A stretch of 64,000 bases of DNA from Octopus vulgaris (lineage: Eukaryota): NCBI GenBank assembly GCA_951406725.2, contig OX597828.1, positions 69,812,001 to 69,876,000 of the forward strand, in the 5' to 3' direction. Position numbers and translations under genes: made by a program. The notes below the pieces were generated by a model. It worked only from the letters and a program-made list of their open reading frames with translations, did not search any database and was not told the DNA's origin. Shown here piece by piece: positions 12,545-25,100 of this stretch (the stretch's first letter is position 1; each line of letters opens with the position of its first letter).

Positions 12545-12669
12545 CCAGCATCACCGTCACCATCATCACCATCATCATCATCATCACCATCATCACCATC
12601 ATCATCATCATCATCATCATCACCATCACCACCACCACAATATATATAAAACAATAAAAGAAGCCTTGA

Positions 12670-12703
<34 letters not shown>

Positions 12704-13180
12704 GGTGGTGGTGGTGGTGGTGGTGGTGGTGGTGGTGGTGGTGGTGGTGGTGGTGGTGTTTTGGTGGTGATGGTTGTGGTGGTGGTGGTGGTGGTGGTGA
12801 TGGTTGTGGTGGTGGTGGTGGTGGTTTTGGTGGTGGTGATGGTTGTGGTGGTGGTGGTTTTGGTGGTGGTGGTTTTGGTGGTGGTGATGGTTGTGGTGGT
12901 GGTGGTGGTGGTGGTGGTTTTGGTGGTGGTGGTGGTTTTGGTGGTGATGGTTGTGGTGGTGGTGGTGGTGGTGGTTTTGGTGGTGATGGTTGTGGTGGTG
13001 GTGGTGGTGGTGGTGGTGGTGGTGGTGGTGGTGGTGGTGGTGGTGGTGGTGGTGGTGGTGGTGTTGAGGTGGTGGTTGTGGTGGTGGTGATGGTTGAGGT
13101 GGTGGTGGTGGTGGTGGTGGTTTTGGTGGTGGTTGTGGTGGTGGTGGTGGTGATGGTTGCGGTGATGGTTGTGGTGGTGT
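12320..13180. repeat. Compound trinucleotide microsatellite (AGC/ATC/ACC switching to GAT/GGT)
   Basis: Direct inspection. It generates the spurious 367-aa ORF. Confidence 0.95.
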
Positions 13181-13980
13181 ACTCTACTAAAACGTGCTGA
13201 GTAATCGTTTAGTTTCATGTTGAAGTGATTTTATGTACAACTTGACATAAACACACTCACACACACCTGCTTGTGAATGTCCTTGTATTTGTCCCACCAC
13301 CACCAGCCATCGTTTGGCAACTAGTGTTGGTCTGTTTACGTCCCATACATTAGCTATTCGTCAGTAACACCTCTCCCGCCCCCCCCCCACTCCACTGAAT
13401 AAGTACCAGACGTTAAACAAAGAATAAGTACTAGTTTAATGTCAATTAAATCAACCAAACTCTTCAAGGTGCTGCCCCAACATGGCCGCAGTCCAATGAC
13501 TGAAACAAGCAAAACAGTAAAAAATTATTGTAGATGGTAGAAGCCAGTCAGAGAGAGAGGGGGAGGGAGAGAGAGAGAGTGAAAGAGAGAGAGAGAAAGA
13601 GAGAGAGGGGGAGAATGTCATGATGTATGAATAATACAAAATGACATATGAATGATAGAAAGTATTATATAATCTTTCTTCTCTAGACACAAGGTCCGAA
13701 ATTTTGGGGGAGGGGGCCAGTCGATAAGATCGACCCCAGTAGGCAACTGGTACTTAATTATCATTGACATTGACAATAGCAACAGCAACATCACCATCAT
13801 CATCATCATCGTGATCACACTCCTCCTCCTCCTCTCATCATCATCATCATCATCATCGTCATCATTAACATTGATAAAATCTACGACAGCAGCAACAGCA
13901 GCACCACCAGCAGCAGTGAAAATTAACTGTGAATGGAGTCCAGGTCTCATGGAATTGTGGCTCACAAGACTGTTCTTTGA

Positions 13981-14625
13981 AAGGCAAAGTCGACCTCGGC
14001 AGAATTTTAACTGAGAACGTAAAGACAGACGAAATACCTATTTCTTTACTACCCACAAGGGGCTAAACACAGAGAGGACAAACAAGGACAGACAAACGGA
14101 TTAAGTCGATGATATCGACCCCAGTGCGTAACTGGTACTTATTTAATCGACCCCGAAAGGATGAAAGGCAAAGTTGACTTCGGCGGAATTTGAACTCAGA
14201 ACGTAGCGGCAGACGAAATACCTATTTCTTTACTACCCACAAAGGGCTAAACACAGAGGGGACAAACATGGACAGACATAGATATTAAGACAATTACATC
14301 GACCTCAGTGCGTAACTGGTACTTAATTTATCGACCCCGAAAGGATGAAAGGCAAAGTCGATCTCGGCGGAATTTGAACTCAGAACGTAGAGGCAGACGA
14401 AATACTTATTTGTTTACTACCCACAAGGGGCTAAACACAGAGAAGACAAACAAGGAAAGACAAACGGATTAAGTCGATTACATCTACCCCAGTGCGTAAC
14501 TGGTGCATAAGTTATCGACCCTGAAAGGATGAAAGGCAAAGTCGACCCCGGCGGAATTTGAACTCAGAACGTAACGGCACACGAAATACCGCTAAGCATT
14601 TCGACCGGTGTGCTAACGTTTCTGT
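13981..14625 (-). repeat. Head-to-tail SINE (type B) array, 184-bp unit, ~3.4 copies
   Basis: AAGGCAAAGT at 13981, 14165, 14349, 14533. The junction GACGAAATAC(C/T)TATTT(C/G)TTTACTACCCACA recurs between units. Confidence 0.9.
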
Positions 14626-14689
14626 AATGATAGAAGAAAACGGTTCAACGGTTTTAAATATAAAACGTAATTTCTTTGAAGCGGTTCTG

Positions 14690-15089
14690 CAGTCAATTCT
14701 GGTTTGTGGATGTGTGACATAGACTCTAATAAAGCATCTTGGAAAGAAAATTGACAGGAATTATACCAGAACGCTTCGAGCTGCTCCTGGACATCTGGGC
14801 ACAACACCTTACGAAAGAACTTCTCTATGGTAATTTATTATCAATAATACACGTCATAAGAGAAAGAAGAACAAGATTTGTTGGACATTGCTGGAGAGCA
14901 AAGGATGAGATCACCAGAGACGTTCTTCATTGGGAACCGAAGCATGGAGACGCAAATGTTGGGAGACCACATCGAACCTACGTAAAGCAGCTGTGCAAGA
15001 ACTCCGAGTGCACCAGAGAAGACCTATCACGTGCAATGGCAAAGCGAACAGACTGGAGAGAACGAGTCACGGCAATCCGTGCAATAAGC

Positions 15090-15121
<32 letters not shown>
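14690..15121 (+). mobile_element. 5'-truncated RTE-type LINE 3' end with (GAT)n tail
   Basis: HLTKELLYGNL...IRERRTRFVGHCWR...VLHWEPKHG..NVGRPHRTYVKQL...DWRERV is a typical RTE C-terminus. Confidence 0.8.
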
Positions 15122-15262
15122 AGAAGACAGAAATCTGTGATTATTTAAACTTGGGAAATAAATGTATGAAAACGTTTGTCACTATTTTTTTTATTATAAA
15201 CAATCTTTTTTTCGCTGTTGATCAGAGATGGGTCCTGGCCTTGTAGTAGAATAAATCTGCAC

Positions 15263-15401
15263 CATTAGCGTAGCTGGTGGGTGGGCGGCACTTTAAAAGG
15301 GGTGGCACTTTTGGGTCTACTGTAGGCAATATGTGTTTTTTGTAGGGTCCAGGAGCGGCAAACGAAAGGATCACCTCGGGAACACACTAGCTACGCTAGT
15401 G
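15263..15401. mobile_element. 139-bp hAT-type MITE
   Basis: TIRs CATTAGCGTAGCTGG / CTAGCTACGCTAGTG, with 8-bp TSD ATCTGCAC/ATCTGCCC. Relatives at ~25285-25450 and ~61270-61425. Confidence 0.7.
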
Positions 15402-15800
15402 ATCTGCCCAACATTTTATCCTTACTGGGACAAAAAACTCCTCCTCTGAGATTGACACTTCAAAGTTACTGAACTTGTCCAACATCGAGGACGAAAAGAT
15501 CCGCACTTCAGTTTCATTTCATTTTTCCAGTACAGCAACGGTCTTCAAGAAACTAAACCTTGACTTACATTCAGTAATAACGGTTTCAAATTTTTAGCAC
15601 ACGGCCAGTAATTTCGGAGGAGGGGAGTGAGTAGATTACATCTACCCTAGTGTTCAAATGAGACTTATTTTATCGACTCCAAATGGTAAAAGGCAATGTC
15701 GGCCTCGGCGGAATTTGAACTCAGAACGTAAAGACGGACAAAATGCCGCTAAGCATTTTGCCTGGCATGTTAAAGATTCTGTCTGCTCGCCGCCTTACAT

Positions 15801-15879
<79 letters not shown>

Positions 15880-15963
15880 TGATGATGATGGTAATAATAA
15901 TGATAGCATAATAATGATGATGATGATGATAATAATAATAGCATAAATACAATTGTCTCCGAG

Positions 15964-16006
15964 CTGCACTGATGAGATATAAAGATGTCGAGACATCTGT
16001 GTACAG
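15964..16006 (+). ncRNA. Decayed minimal type I hammerhead
   Basis: cugca-CUGAUGA-GAUAU(aaag)AUGUC-GAGA-CA(uc)UG-UG-uacag. A14G and G17 predict inactivity. Confidence 0.55.
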
Positions 16007-16119
16007 AAGATAGGAAGGAAAAAATCTAATACAGAATATCTTCAACTAGATTTGAATCTTTGTGCTGCTTTATGTTATTGGAAATTATTACAGATGAAGG
16101 GAGAAAAATATAATTTTGC

Positions 16120-16554
16120 GAAGTAATCTTTATCGCTACTTAAACGTGGCTGTTCTGTAGGAACCGACGTTACTGCTATTTTTAACCCCAGGAGGACGCC
16201 TTCTCCAGCTGGTTATTTGATACAACTTGCGTCCGATATATATCGCAAGAAGGCGAGTGAACACCTACCATCTCTTGCCACGAGACCACCAGACCTCACC
16301 GTTTCGACCTCTTTGTGGTCATCCTCGGTGGTGGATGACCTCATGGATAGCTGGAGTGAACTACTACTATCTCTAGCGAGCGATTATCCATCACCGAGGA
16401 TGACCACAAAGAGTCACTCCCCTGCTCACAATAATATCGGGTGCAGGTTGCATCGAATAACCAGCCGAAGGAAGCGTCCTCCTGGGGTTAAAAAATAGCA
16501 GTAATGTCGGTTAGGGCGGAACAGCCATGTTGAAGTAACGATAGACATTACTTC
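16120..16554. repeat. Inverted-repeat element, ~120-bp outer arms, enclosing a hammerhead and an inverted partial copy
   Basis: GAAGTAAT...TTTAACCCCAGGAGGACGC...CCGATAT (16120-16240) is mirrored by ATATCGG...GCGTCCTCCTGGGGTTAAA...ATTACTTC (16435-16554). Confidence 0.85.
16278..16346 (-). ncRNA. Type I hammerhead, U4C core variant with extended bulged stem I
   Basis: CCAUGAG gucau CCACCA-CCGAGGA u-GACC(acaaaga)GGUC-GAAA-C(ggugag)G-UC-UGGUGG u CUCGUGG. Confidence 0.8.
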
Positions 16555-16723
16555 TCTGTATTGTTACTGCTGTCATCATTTCAAACTAGTTAATTTGCTT
16601 AATATAATGTTGATTTATGGTTTCTAATTAAGGCACAAAAGAGTGAGAGAGAGAGAGGGAGGGAGGGAGAGAGAGAGAGAGAAAAAAGAGAGCAAAGGCA
16701 AAGAAAGAAAGAGAAAGAGATAG

Positions 16724-16776
<53 letters not shown>

Positions 16777-17498
16777 AAGAGAGACTGCGAGATTGTATCT
16801 ACATTATTAGCAATGACCTTGACACAAATTTTTGTTAAATCTCTGAGTAATGGATGGGGGTGAGGTAGTGAGAGAAAGTCCTTCTTCCCGACCCAAGTCA
16901 TCCACCTCACCCTCGCCTTCTAATCCCATTCTTATCCACGCAAACTTTTTACATGATCTTGATTTCACTTAAGGAATTTTCATTTTCCGTTTTTATTTCA
17001 TTTTCATTATTTTATATATTTTCACCTTTTTATTTGAAAAATCTCAAACACACAATTCAGAGCGGTCATTGCTCAGAGACAACCGGGTCCTGGGACTGCT
17101 AGAACAACATTCCAGTTGCTGCGGCGGGCTCTGCTAACGCCAGGAAAAAGGTTAATTCCTTATTCATTCTAAACAAGGAATTCAAAGGGCCCAGGCTTTC
17201 GTCCCACTTTTGACTATAAACAGAAGTGTGGCTTTAGAAAGTAAAAGAGATAAATTTCATGGCACTTTGATGGCATTTGACTGCGTATTAGAGCAGATCT
17301 GCGACAAAGGGATATTCGTTTCACCCTTACCAACCCCAGTCTGATCAGTTTCAACGATTTTCTCCGGTAAAAATTTATTTAAATAACACACACATACACA
17401 AACGAAGAATGGAGTATATAACATATTTGTTCCATGGTTAACAATTGTTTCAACAACGTGCAAGTAACCAATCATATATATGTAAGTATGTATGTGTT

Positions 17499-17551
<53 letters not shown>

Positions 17552-17612
17552 TCGCCATGATAGATCGTTAGCCACTACACACTTTTTTTCTCTCCTTGTT
17601 TTTTCTGTGTCC

Positions 17613-17648
17613 CATTCTGTAGAAGAGCGTAGGCTCGAAACATATAAG
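17613..17648 (+). ncRNA. Minimal hammerhead-like motif, A6U variant, decayed stem I
   Basis: CUGUAGA a GAGC(guag)GCUC GAAA CA UA. Same family as 28029-28064. Confidence 0.55.
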
Positions 17649-17731
17649 ATTTTTTCTATTTCTGAGTGTTATACTAATACATCTGTTTGTTTTGTACATC
17701 ACCTGTCTTCGTCTTTTGTTTTTTTCGTAAA

Positions 17732-17823
<92 letters not shown>

Positions 17824-17824
<1 letters not shown>

Positions 17825-18282
17825 AAGGATTGAACAGACAGAACATAACAAGGGGAAAAAGTTAGACGGAAGTAGACCAAACGGGAAACTAGACAGAAAC
17901 TTAGACAAAGACACGATACACGGAATATTCGTAGTTGAGTTTTCCTCGTCAATCAATGAACCAAAATATCATCATGGTTTCGCACCATTATCATTGAGAC
18001 CACTCAATCTTGGTGGTGCAAGTGCTGTTATTAAGCTACTGGGAAAAAGCTAGCGAATGTATACTGAGACAGAAACAAAGAAGACAATATATAAACAATG
18101 GTACGAAACCACGATGGTATTTTGGTTCATTGACTGACGAGGAAAACTCAGCTTCGAATATTCCGTGTATCGTGTCTTTGTCTATATTCCCCGTTCGTTA
18201 AGTTTTCGTCTAGTTTCCCGCTTGCTTTACTTTTGTCTAACTTTTTCTCCTTGTTGTGGTTGTTCTGTCTGTTCAATCCTTG
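17824..18282. repeat. Inverted duplication of a divergent family X member (copies C and D)
   Basis: 17824-17990 is the reverse complement of 18097-18282 (CAAGGATTGAACAGACAGAAC / GTTCTGTCTGTTCAATCCTTG etc.). Confidence 0.85.
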
Positions 18283-19287
18283 ATACATCCATGTAGTGCA
18301 ATGCACACCCTGTTTGTTCAAATATATATAATAGTTAGGTGGCACCTAAATAGTGTACGATTCTCATAGGGCGAGAAAGGAGACTAAATTCAGTAGTTCA
18401 TCCAGTAAAAAGACATTTATATTCTTTTCAACAGCTAAATTTGTTCAAATCAGTAAAGTGATCGTCTGACAAGAGACAGTTGAGTATGACTTGTTCTCTC
18501 TCTCACACACACACGCGTGCACATACACATACATGTATATATACACCCACACAGAGACAGAGGAGAGGAGAGTAAGGATTAAATATAATGTGTTGGTGTT
18601 TAAGGTAATCCAGAGTTTCTTTCCAGTGGACGATATCTTAGATCTGTCAGGAGGCTAGGATCATCAGTTCCGAGCTTAATCACGTTTCCATGCCATACGA
18701 GCAACAGAATATTGACAATATATCACACAATACACGCCACTCTGATTAGGGCGCCTGTCCGTCGCAGGGTGAAGCCCGGCTTTTACTAATATTCGTTTCC
18801 AAATGAGTAAACTGAAATGAAATAACAACGACATATTATACAAAATAGAGCGCATCGCTTGGCATCAGAATCGAAACCACAATTTCCTGATCGTGAAACC
18901 AATATTCTAACCACTGGGCTACAATGGCTTGACAGTGCAAGGAATATCACTGAACAGATGACGAATTAAACGTAGCTTTCCGCCCACCACAAATAAGCGT
19001 GTTGAAACTTCGTACGCCACTAAGCGGCCTTAGTTATGAATAGAAAGAATATGCCCACACTGCTTGCTTGTGGAATCTGACCTTGGTGAGGGCCGAGAGG
19101 AATAATGATAAAAACGGATTTTCATTTTATTCAATTATTTCGCATTCAACACTTAGACTTATGATGGCATATCGCCTTGTCAGTTAAACAATGGAAGGAT
19201 TGCGGGGGTAGCAGCATTGTCGGGCTGTGCTTAGAGTGTCAGCTGGCCTTAATCCTGACATCTGTTAGTCTCTCTGTCTGTCTGCCC

Positions 19288-19367
<80 letters not shown>

Positions 19368-19763
19368 GTCTATCTGTCTGTCTGTCTGTCTATCTGTGTC
19401 TGTCTGTCCCTCTATCTGTTTTTCTGTCAGTCTGACTTTTGTCTGTCTGTTTGTCTATCTGTCTGTCTCTCTTCCGGTCTCCTCCCTCTCTTTCCCCTCT
19501 CTATATATGTATGGATTCTACCCTCCCCTGTCATCGTATTCTATTTAGGACACGGTGACGAATTCGCACGGCCGTTAGAGGGTCGGACAGGCGGCCTCGT
19601 TTGAGAATAAGGATTCTTCCGACTGTGCACTCTGAGTTCAGATCCCACCAGAGACCAACTTTGTCTTACGTCCTCTTTTCGGGGTCAGTAAAAGTACTCA
19701 CCCAGGGTGTTGAATGGGTCGAACTTTTGGAATGTCGGACTGAATGCCTTGCGGTATTTCTTC

Positions 19764-19989
19764 CAGCTGGCCGAATCGTTAGCACGCCGGGCGAAATGCT
19801 CAGCGGTATTTCGTCTGCCGCTATGTTCTGAGTTCAAATTCCGCTGAGTTTGACTTTGCCTTTCATCCTTTCGGGGTCGATAAATTATGTACCAGTTACG
19901 CACTGGGGTCGATATAATCGACTTAATCCGTCTGTCTGTCCTTGTTTGTCCTCTCTGTGTTAAGCCCCTTGTGGGTAGTAAAGAAATAA
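19764..19989 (+). mobile_element. Young SINE type B inserted into an older relative, with a 15-bp TSD
   Basis: GTATTTCTTCCAGCT at 19754-19768 and 19990-20004 flanks a near-consensus copy. Confidence 0.8.
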
Positions 19990-20883
19990 GTATTTCTTCC
20001 AGCTCTTCGTGTTATGAGTTCAAATCCCATAATGGCCAACTTGGGTGGTAGATTTGACCTTTCTCCCGGTTTAACAGCACCACCCTTTCCTTTGGGTACA
20101 TTTAGCAGAGACTGCTCTCTTACAAGCACCCAGGACAAATCTCAGACGTTAGGACATCTTTCTTCTTCCCGCCTACCTCGGACACCCCGCAGAGCATCAT
20201 GTGTAATACCTTTTCTCCTCTTAGATACACGCATTTGTTTGTTTCCACAGTGAATGCACGGTTGTACGACTCACTGAAACTTCTATATCCTGGTTCTCCG
20301 TCGGTTACGACGACGAATACCCCAGTTGATCCAATCAACGGAACAGTCTGCTCTTGAAATTAACGTGCATTTGTGTATGTGTATGTTTATGTGTGTGTGC
20401 GCGCGTGTGTGTGTTTGTGTGTTTATGTTTGTTCCCACAAGCACCGGTTGACAACCGGTATCGGTGTGTTTACGCTCCCGTAAATTAGCGGTTCGTCAAA
20501 TAAGTCCCAGAGTCGATTCACTCGACTAAAAATTTGAGACAAAAGATAAACTTCACTGACCCTTTAAAAGTTTTCATCGCGAGGGGTTCGAAAACACTCC
20601 TGTTCCACATTGAAAAACGTTTCTATTGAGGGCCCTGACCACCAGAAGATGTCAGTATCTGGCGTAAATTTGTTGTGATGACTGAGCGACCATTTTGGAA
20701 TGTTAAAACACTGAACTCTTGTTTTCACTCTCATCCAAGTTTAATGGACGCCAGAGCAGCGATGAGCCTGGGAAAATGTTTGTTGAGGAGGAGAGAGGGC
20801 GCCTTGGTGATTAAGTTGACCTGCTTCGGCATTACCGAAACTAAGTAGCGGGTTTTTATATTTCTGTCTGTCTGTCTATTACC

Positions 20884-21012
<129 letters not shown>

Positions 21013-21090
21013 TCTTTCTATCTATCTATCTTTCTATCTATCTATCTGCCTGCCTGTTTATCTACACACACACACACACACACACGCACA

Positions 21091-21571
21091 CATTTGAAGT
21101 TTCTCAGCCGGAATACTTAAAAGTGAGTTGAGCTAAATTTATTATACAATCCGTGTTAACGAAGTGCTAACTTATATATTTACATATACATGTATATATG
21201 TATATACGTAAATATATACATACACACACACATATCCATTATATATATGTGTGTGTGCGCGCATTTTTTAATGGGTGTATATTTGTATCTATATGTATAT
21301 ATATATACATATGTGTGCGTAAATATATATATATGTATGTATATATACATTAGTACACATACACAAACCCTCTTATATGTTACAAACACACACACACACA
21401 CATACATATATACACATATATACACATGCATTCTTATAAATAAGGTCATATAATTATTAAAAGTTTCAAAGTAATTGAAAGTCCTTCGTTTGTTTACATA
21501 TATCTTAGACGCATGTATATATATATGTATGTATACATATGTGTGTGTGTGTGTGTGATTATATGTATGAA

Positions 21572-21605
<34 letters not shown>

Positions 21606-21806
21606 TGTATAATTGTACGTTGGTAAACAAGATTAGTAACCCTGTTTAACGACATACAATTACAATGGCCTCTGCACCACGTTTCTGCCATCTGCCTGTT
21701 ATTGAGCTCGTGTCCGTTGTTTTCGGATTTTAACAGACAAGAAGACAAACGTTACACGTCCATTCAAACATACCTACATACATACATACACACCTACATA
21801 CATACA

Positions 21807-21866
<60 letters not shown>

Positions 21867-22039
21867 CATAAAAATATACACCCATTAAAAATTGCACACG
21901 CACACACATATATATAATATGTGTGTGTATGTATATATTTATGTATATGTAAATATATAAGTTAGCACTTCGTTAACACGAATTGTATAATCAATTTAGC
22001 TCAACTCACTGTTAAGTATTCCGGCTGAGAAACTTCAAA

Positions 22040-22041
<2 letters not shown>
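21091..22041. repeat. ~950-bp foldback with ~200-bp terminal inverted arms
   Basis: CATTTGAAGTTTCTCAGCCGGAATACTTAA...GTTAACGAAGTGCTAACTTATATA at 21091 is the reverse complement of 21941-22041. A second matching block lies at 21251-21285 / 21872-21906. Confidence 0.85.
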
Positions 22042-22111
<70 letters not shown>

Positions 22112-22176
22112 TGTATGTATGTATGTACGTACGTGTGTGTGTGTGTATATATATATATAAATTAGCGTATATGTGT

Positions 22177-22213
<37 letters not shown>

Positions 22214-22411
22214 TTCCCCGCTAACATCGCTTGATAACCGATGCTGGCGTGTTTACGTCTCCGTAACTTAGCAGTTCGGCAAAAGAAACCGATAGAATAA
22301 GTACTAGGCTTACAAAATCCTTTAACTCGAATAAAGACGGTGCTCCAGCATGGCCGCAGTGAAATGACTGAAACAAGTAAAATACTTAAAGAATGAAAGA
22401 ATATATATATA

Positions 22412-23140
22412 CAGGGTGTACGCAAAAGTATATACACAACAGAGAATGGTTTTAACGTGGGTGATAATTGAAATACATTTATTTCCAAAATTTAATAGAA
22501 TCTGCTGATAGAATTTTCGTTTTCGTTTTAAGCACGATTGTTTCCAAACCGAAGTCAGTTCTGATCCAGACACTGCTGATAACGCGAAACAATGGAATCG
22601 CCAAGATCGAGTAACATTTCGGTTGGTATTTGTGCTTATTCTCGTTCAATGGTCGTCTCTGCTGCATCTTTTGTATCATAAACTTTATCCTTTAAGAATC
22701 CCCATAATAAAGTCTAGTGGTGTAATGTCCGGCGAACGTGGAGGCCATTCTAATGAACCTCCTCGCCCAGTCCACTTGTTTGGCAAAATCTCATCCAATT
22801 ATTCCTGGAATTGGGAAAATTGTAACTTTACCTATCCCAGCGTTTCGAAATGCAATGGACGTAGAAATTTGAAATTCCTGTTTCACGATTCGCTTGCCGC
22901 ACGGGTTTTCTTGGATCCTTGCAAAACGGTTTTAGCATCAATTTTAGCCTTGTGAGACTTGTCGATGGCTGTCGTATTCCGAAACGTTTCTTGCGAACTT
23001 GCTGGACAGTTCCATTTGCTTCAGGCCTGGCTCTAATTCCAGCGAGGAATTGATTTATCAGCTAAAATAACCCAGCCAAGTTCTACATTGGGTTTCGGTT
23101 CCCCGGACCGATATATCCGGCTGAACCATTCCTTCACATG
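22412..23140 (-). mobile_element. Internally deleted Tc1/mariner-superfamily transposon relic
   Basis: TA-CAGGGTGT terminus at 22412. Minus strand encodes KWTGRGGSLEWPPRSPDITPLDF and an N-terminal DPRKPVRQANRETGIS HTH. Confidence 0.75.
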
Positions 23141-23167
23141 TTCTATACACACACACACACGCATGCG

Positions 23168-23830
23168 TCGGCGGCATTAACTCGTACCCGAGTAGTTAAT
23201 CTGTAGCGATTGATTAAGTCTCTTCATCCTGATGGGTACGAAAGGAGTAGATGCCTGAGGTGTTTGTTCAAGCCACGGGCGACATAGAAAAGCCGGGGGC
23301 ATTTACCGTGGGGTACAGTTGACGGGGGACGAGGAAGTGCGAGTCGCTCTTTGCGTCTGTGATGTCTAATCCCTGCCTTTTGACACCTGTTATTTTCCGT
23401 CTGGTCCGTTCCCTCGACGGTGACATGTATTCACTTTGGGTGGTCGTTGACGATTGTCACTCAGATACTTGGGTCATAGAGGAGGCGGCTTTGAGCAGAT
23501 CTCGGAAACCGAATTTTGGAGCTCCGCGTGGTCTGATGCCCAAGGCTAACTCTGCAAAGAGGAGCTGACGAGAGAGGTGCGTTTGAGACATACGTATAAT
23601 GCATCCCGACCAGCATGGGGAATGTTGAGTCACAGTAGCTTCAATGCAGGGCCGTCCGGCCGGAGCTGAACCTATTCATTGGTGATAGAGTCCTTCTCTC
23701 AAATACTTTTGGTTGCACACGAAGTTTGTGATGTTGGAAACGTTCGCTTTTCTTGACGCCATGTCGATACAACAACCACGTCTCACGGCCGTGGAGGAAG
23801 GATTGTGAAAAAGGACCATAACTCGGAATT
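23168..23830 (-). mobile_element. RTE LINE 3' fragment
   Basis: SFLHGRETWLLYRHGVKKSERFQHHKLR and WSGCIIRM...RQLLFAELALGIRPRGAPKFGFRDLLK resemble the RTE RT thumb and C-terminus. Confidence 0.75.
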
Positions 23831-23916
23831 CCTTGGTTTTTGTTTGGATGGTGAGGCCGTGGCTTAGGAAAAATCATTTTGGGAGTTTTCCGAAAGCATC
23901 CTAAACCACTACCTTA

Positions 23917-23990
<74 letters not shown>

Positions 23991-24174
23991 CCTATCTACC
24001 TACCTATCTACCTATCTTCTCTCACCCCTCTCTCTCTATATATAAGTGTGTGTGTGTATGTATAAATGTGTGTATAGGGATCAGAACGGTTTGATTCGAT
24101 CAAACTGCCCTGATCCAAGCATGTAACACCCAATAAATGTAGTGAGGGCCCTTCTTTCGTTTGTCCACTCACTC

Positions 24175-24211
<37 letters not shown>

Positions 24212-24494
24212 GTGTATGTGTGTGCATGGATGTATATATGTGTGTGTGTATGTACACACACACACACATATACATATTTAAATGCACACACTCACGCACA
24301 ACACATGTCTCTCTCTCTCTCTCTATATATATATAGACTTACATTTATATATTTATATAAATAGTAATACATTTAAACACAAAAGAAGCACTCACGTAGG
24401 CAAACAATGAGTTGCAATAACATATATGTGTGTGTGTGTATCTGTATATATATATATACATATATATATACATACATATATATATATACATATA

Positions 24495-24553
<59 letters not shown>

Positions 24554-25065
24554 ATATGTATACATGCACATATATATACATATATATATGTATGTATGTA
24601 TATATATAGATATAGATATGTATATATACATATATATATGTATACATACACACACACACACACAAACATATATATATACACATACACACGCACACTGAAA
24701 TAACACTGCTCACTGTCGCATTCTGTTACATACACACATACACACTCCCTCACATATACACACGTACACAGACACACATACAAATAAACTCACGCATACA
24801 CGTACCCACACCATCACACACACGCACACCTTCACACACACACACACACATACACACAAACCAGCAGAGTTATACAGCTGCGTCAGTGAATTGAGAAATT
24901 TACTTTCACTTCCAGTTAATTCTCAGAATTTTCTTACAATTGTATTTCTGTGTAATCTGTATATATACGTGTAAGTGCGTGTGTGTGATATCTATATGTG
25001 TGGGACGAGGTAAAAAAAAACAAATAGAATGTGTTAGGTTGACGCTGAGGGAAATTTGAAGAGGT

Positions 25066-25100
25066 GTTTAACATTTCGAGCCCTACCCTCTTCCTCAGGG
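25066..25100 (-). ncRNA. Decayed minimal hammerhead related to 17613/28029
   Basis: CUGAGGA a GAG(gguaggg)CUC GAAA UG UU. No stem I pairing. Confidence 0.4.

Noticed and set aside
12115-13218. 367-aa His/Thr/Pro/Asp-rich ORF
   Set aside because: Compound trinucleotide microsatellite with no domain content or splice evidence.
23170-23260. Twister-like pattern GGCAU-UAA-CUC...GAG-UAG-AUGCC with GUACCC/GGGUAC pairing
   Set aside because: It lacks the twister L4/T1 elements and lies antisense to the 3' end of an RTE relic, so it is more simply LINE 3'-end structure or chance.
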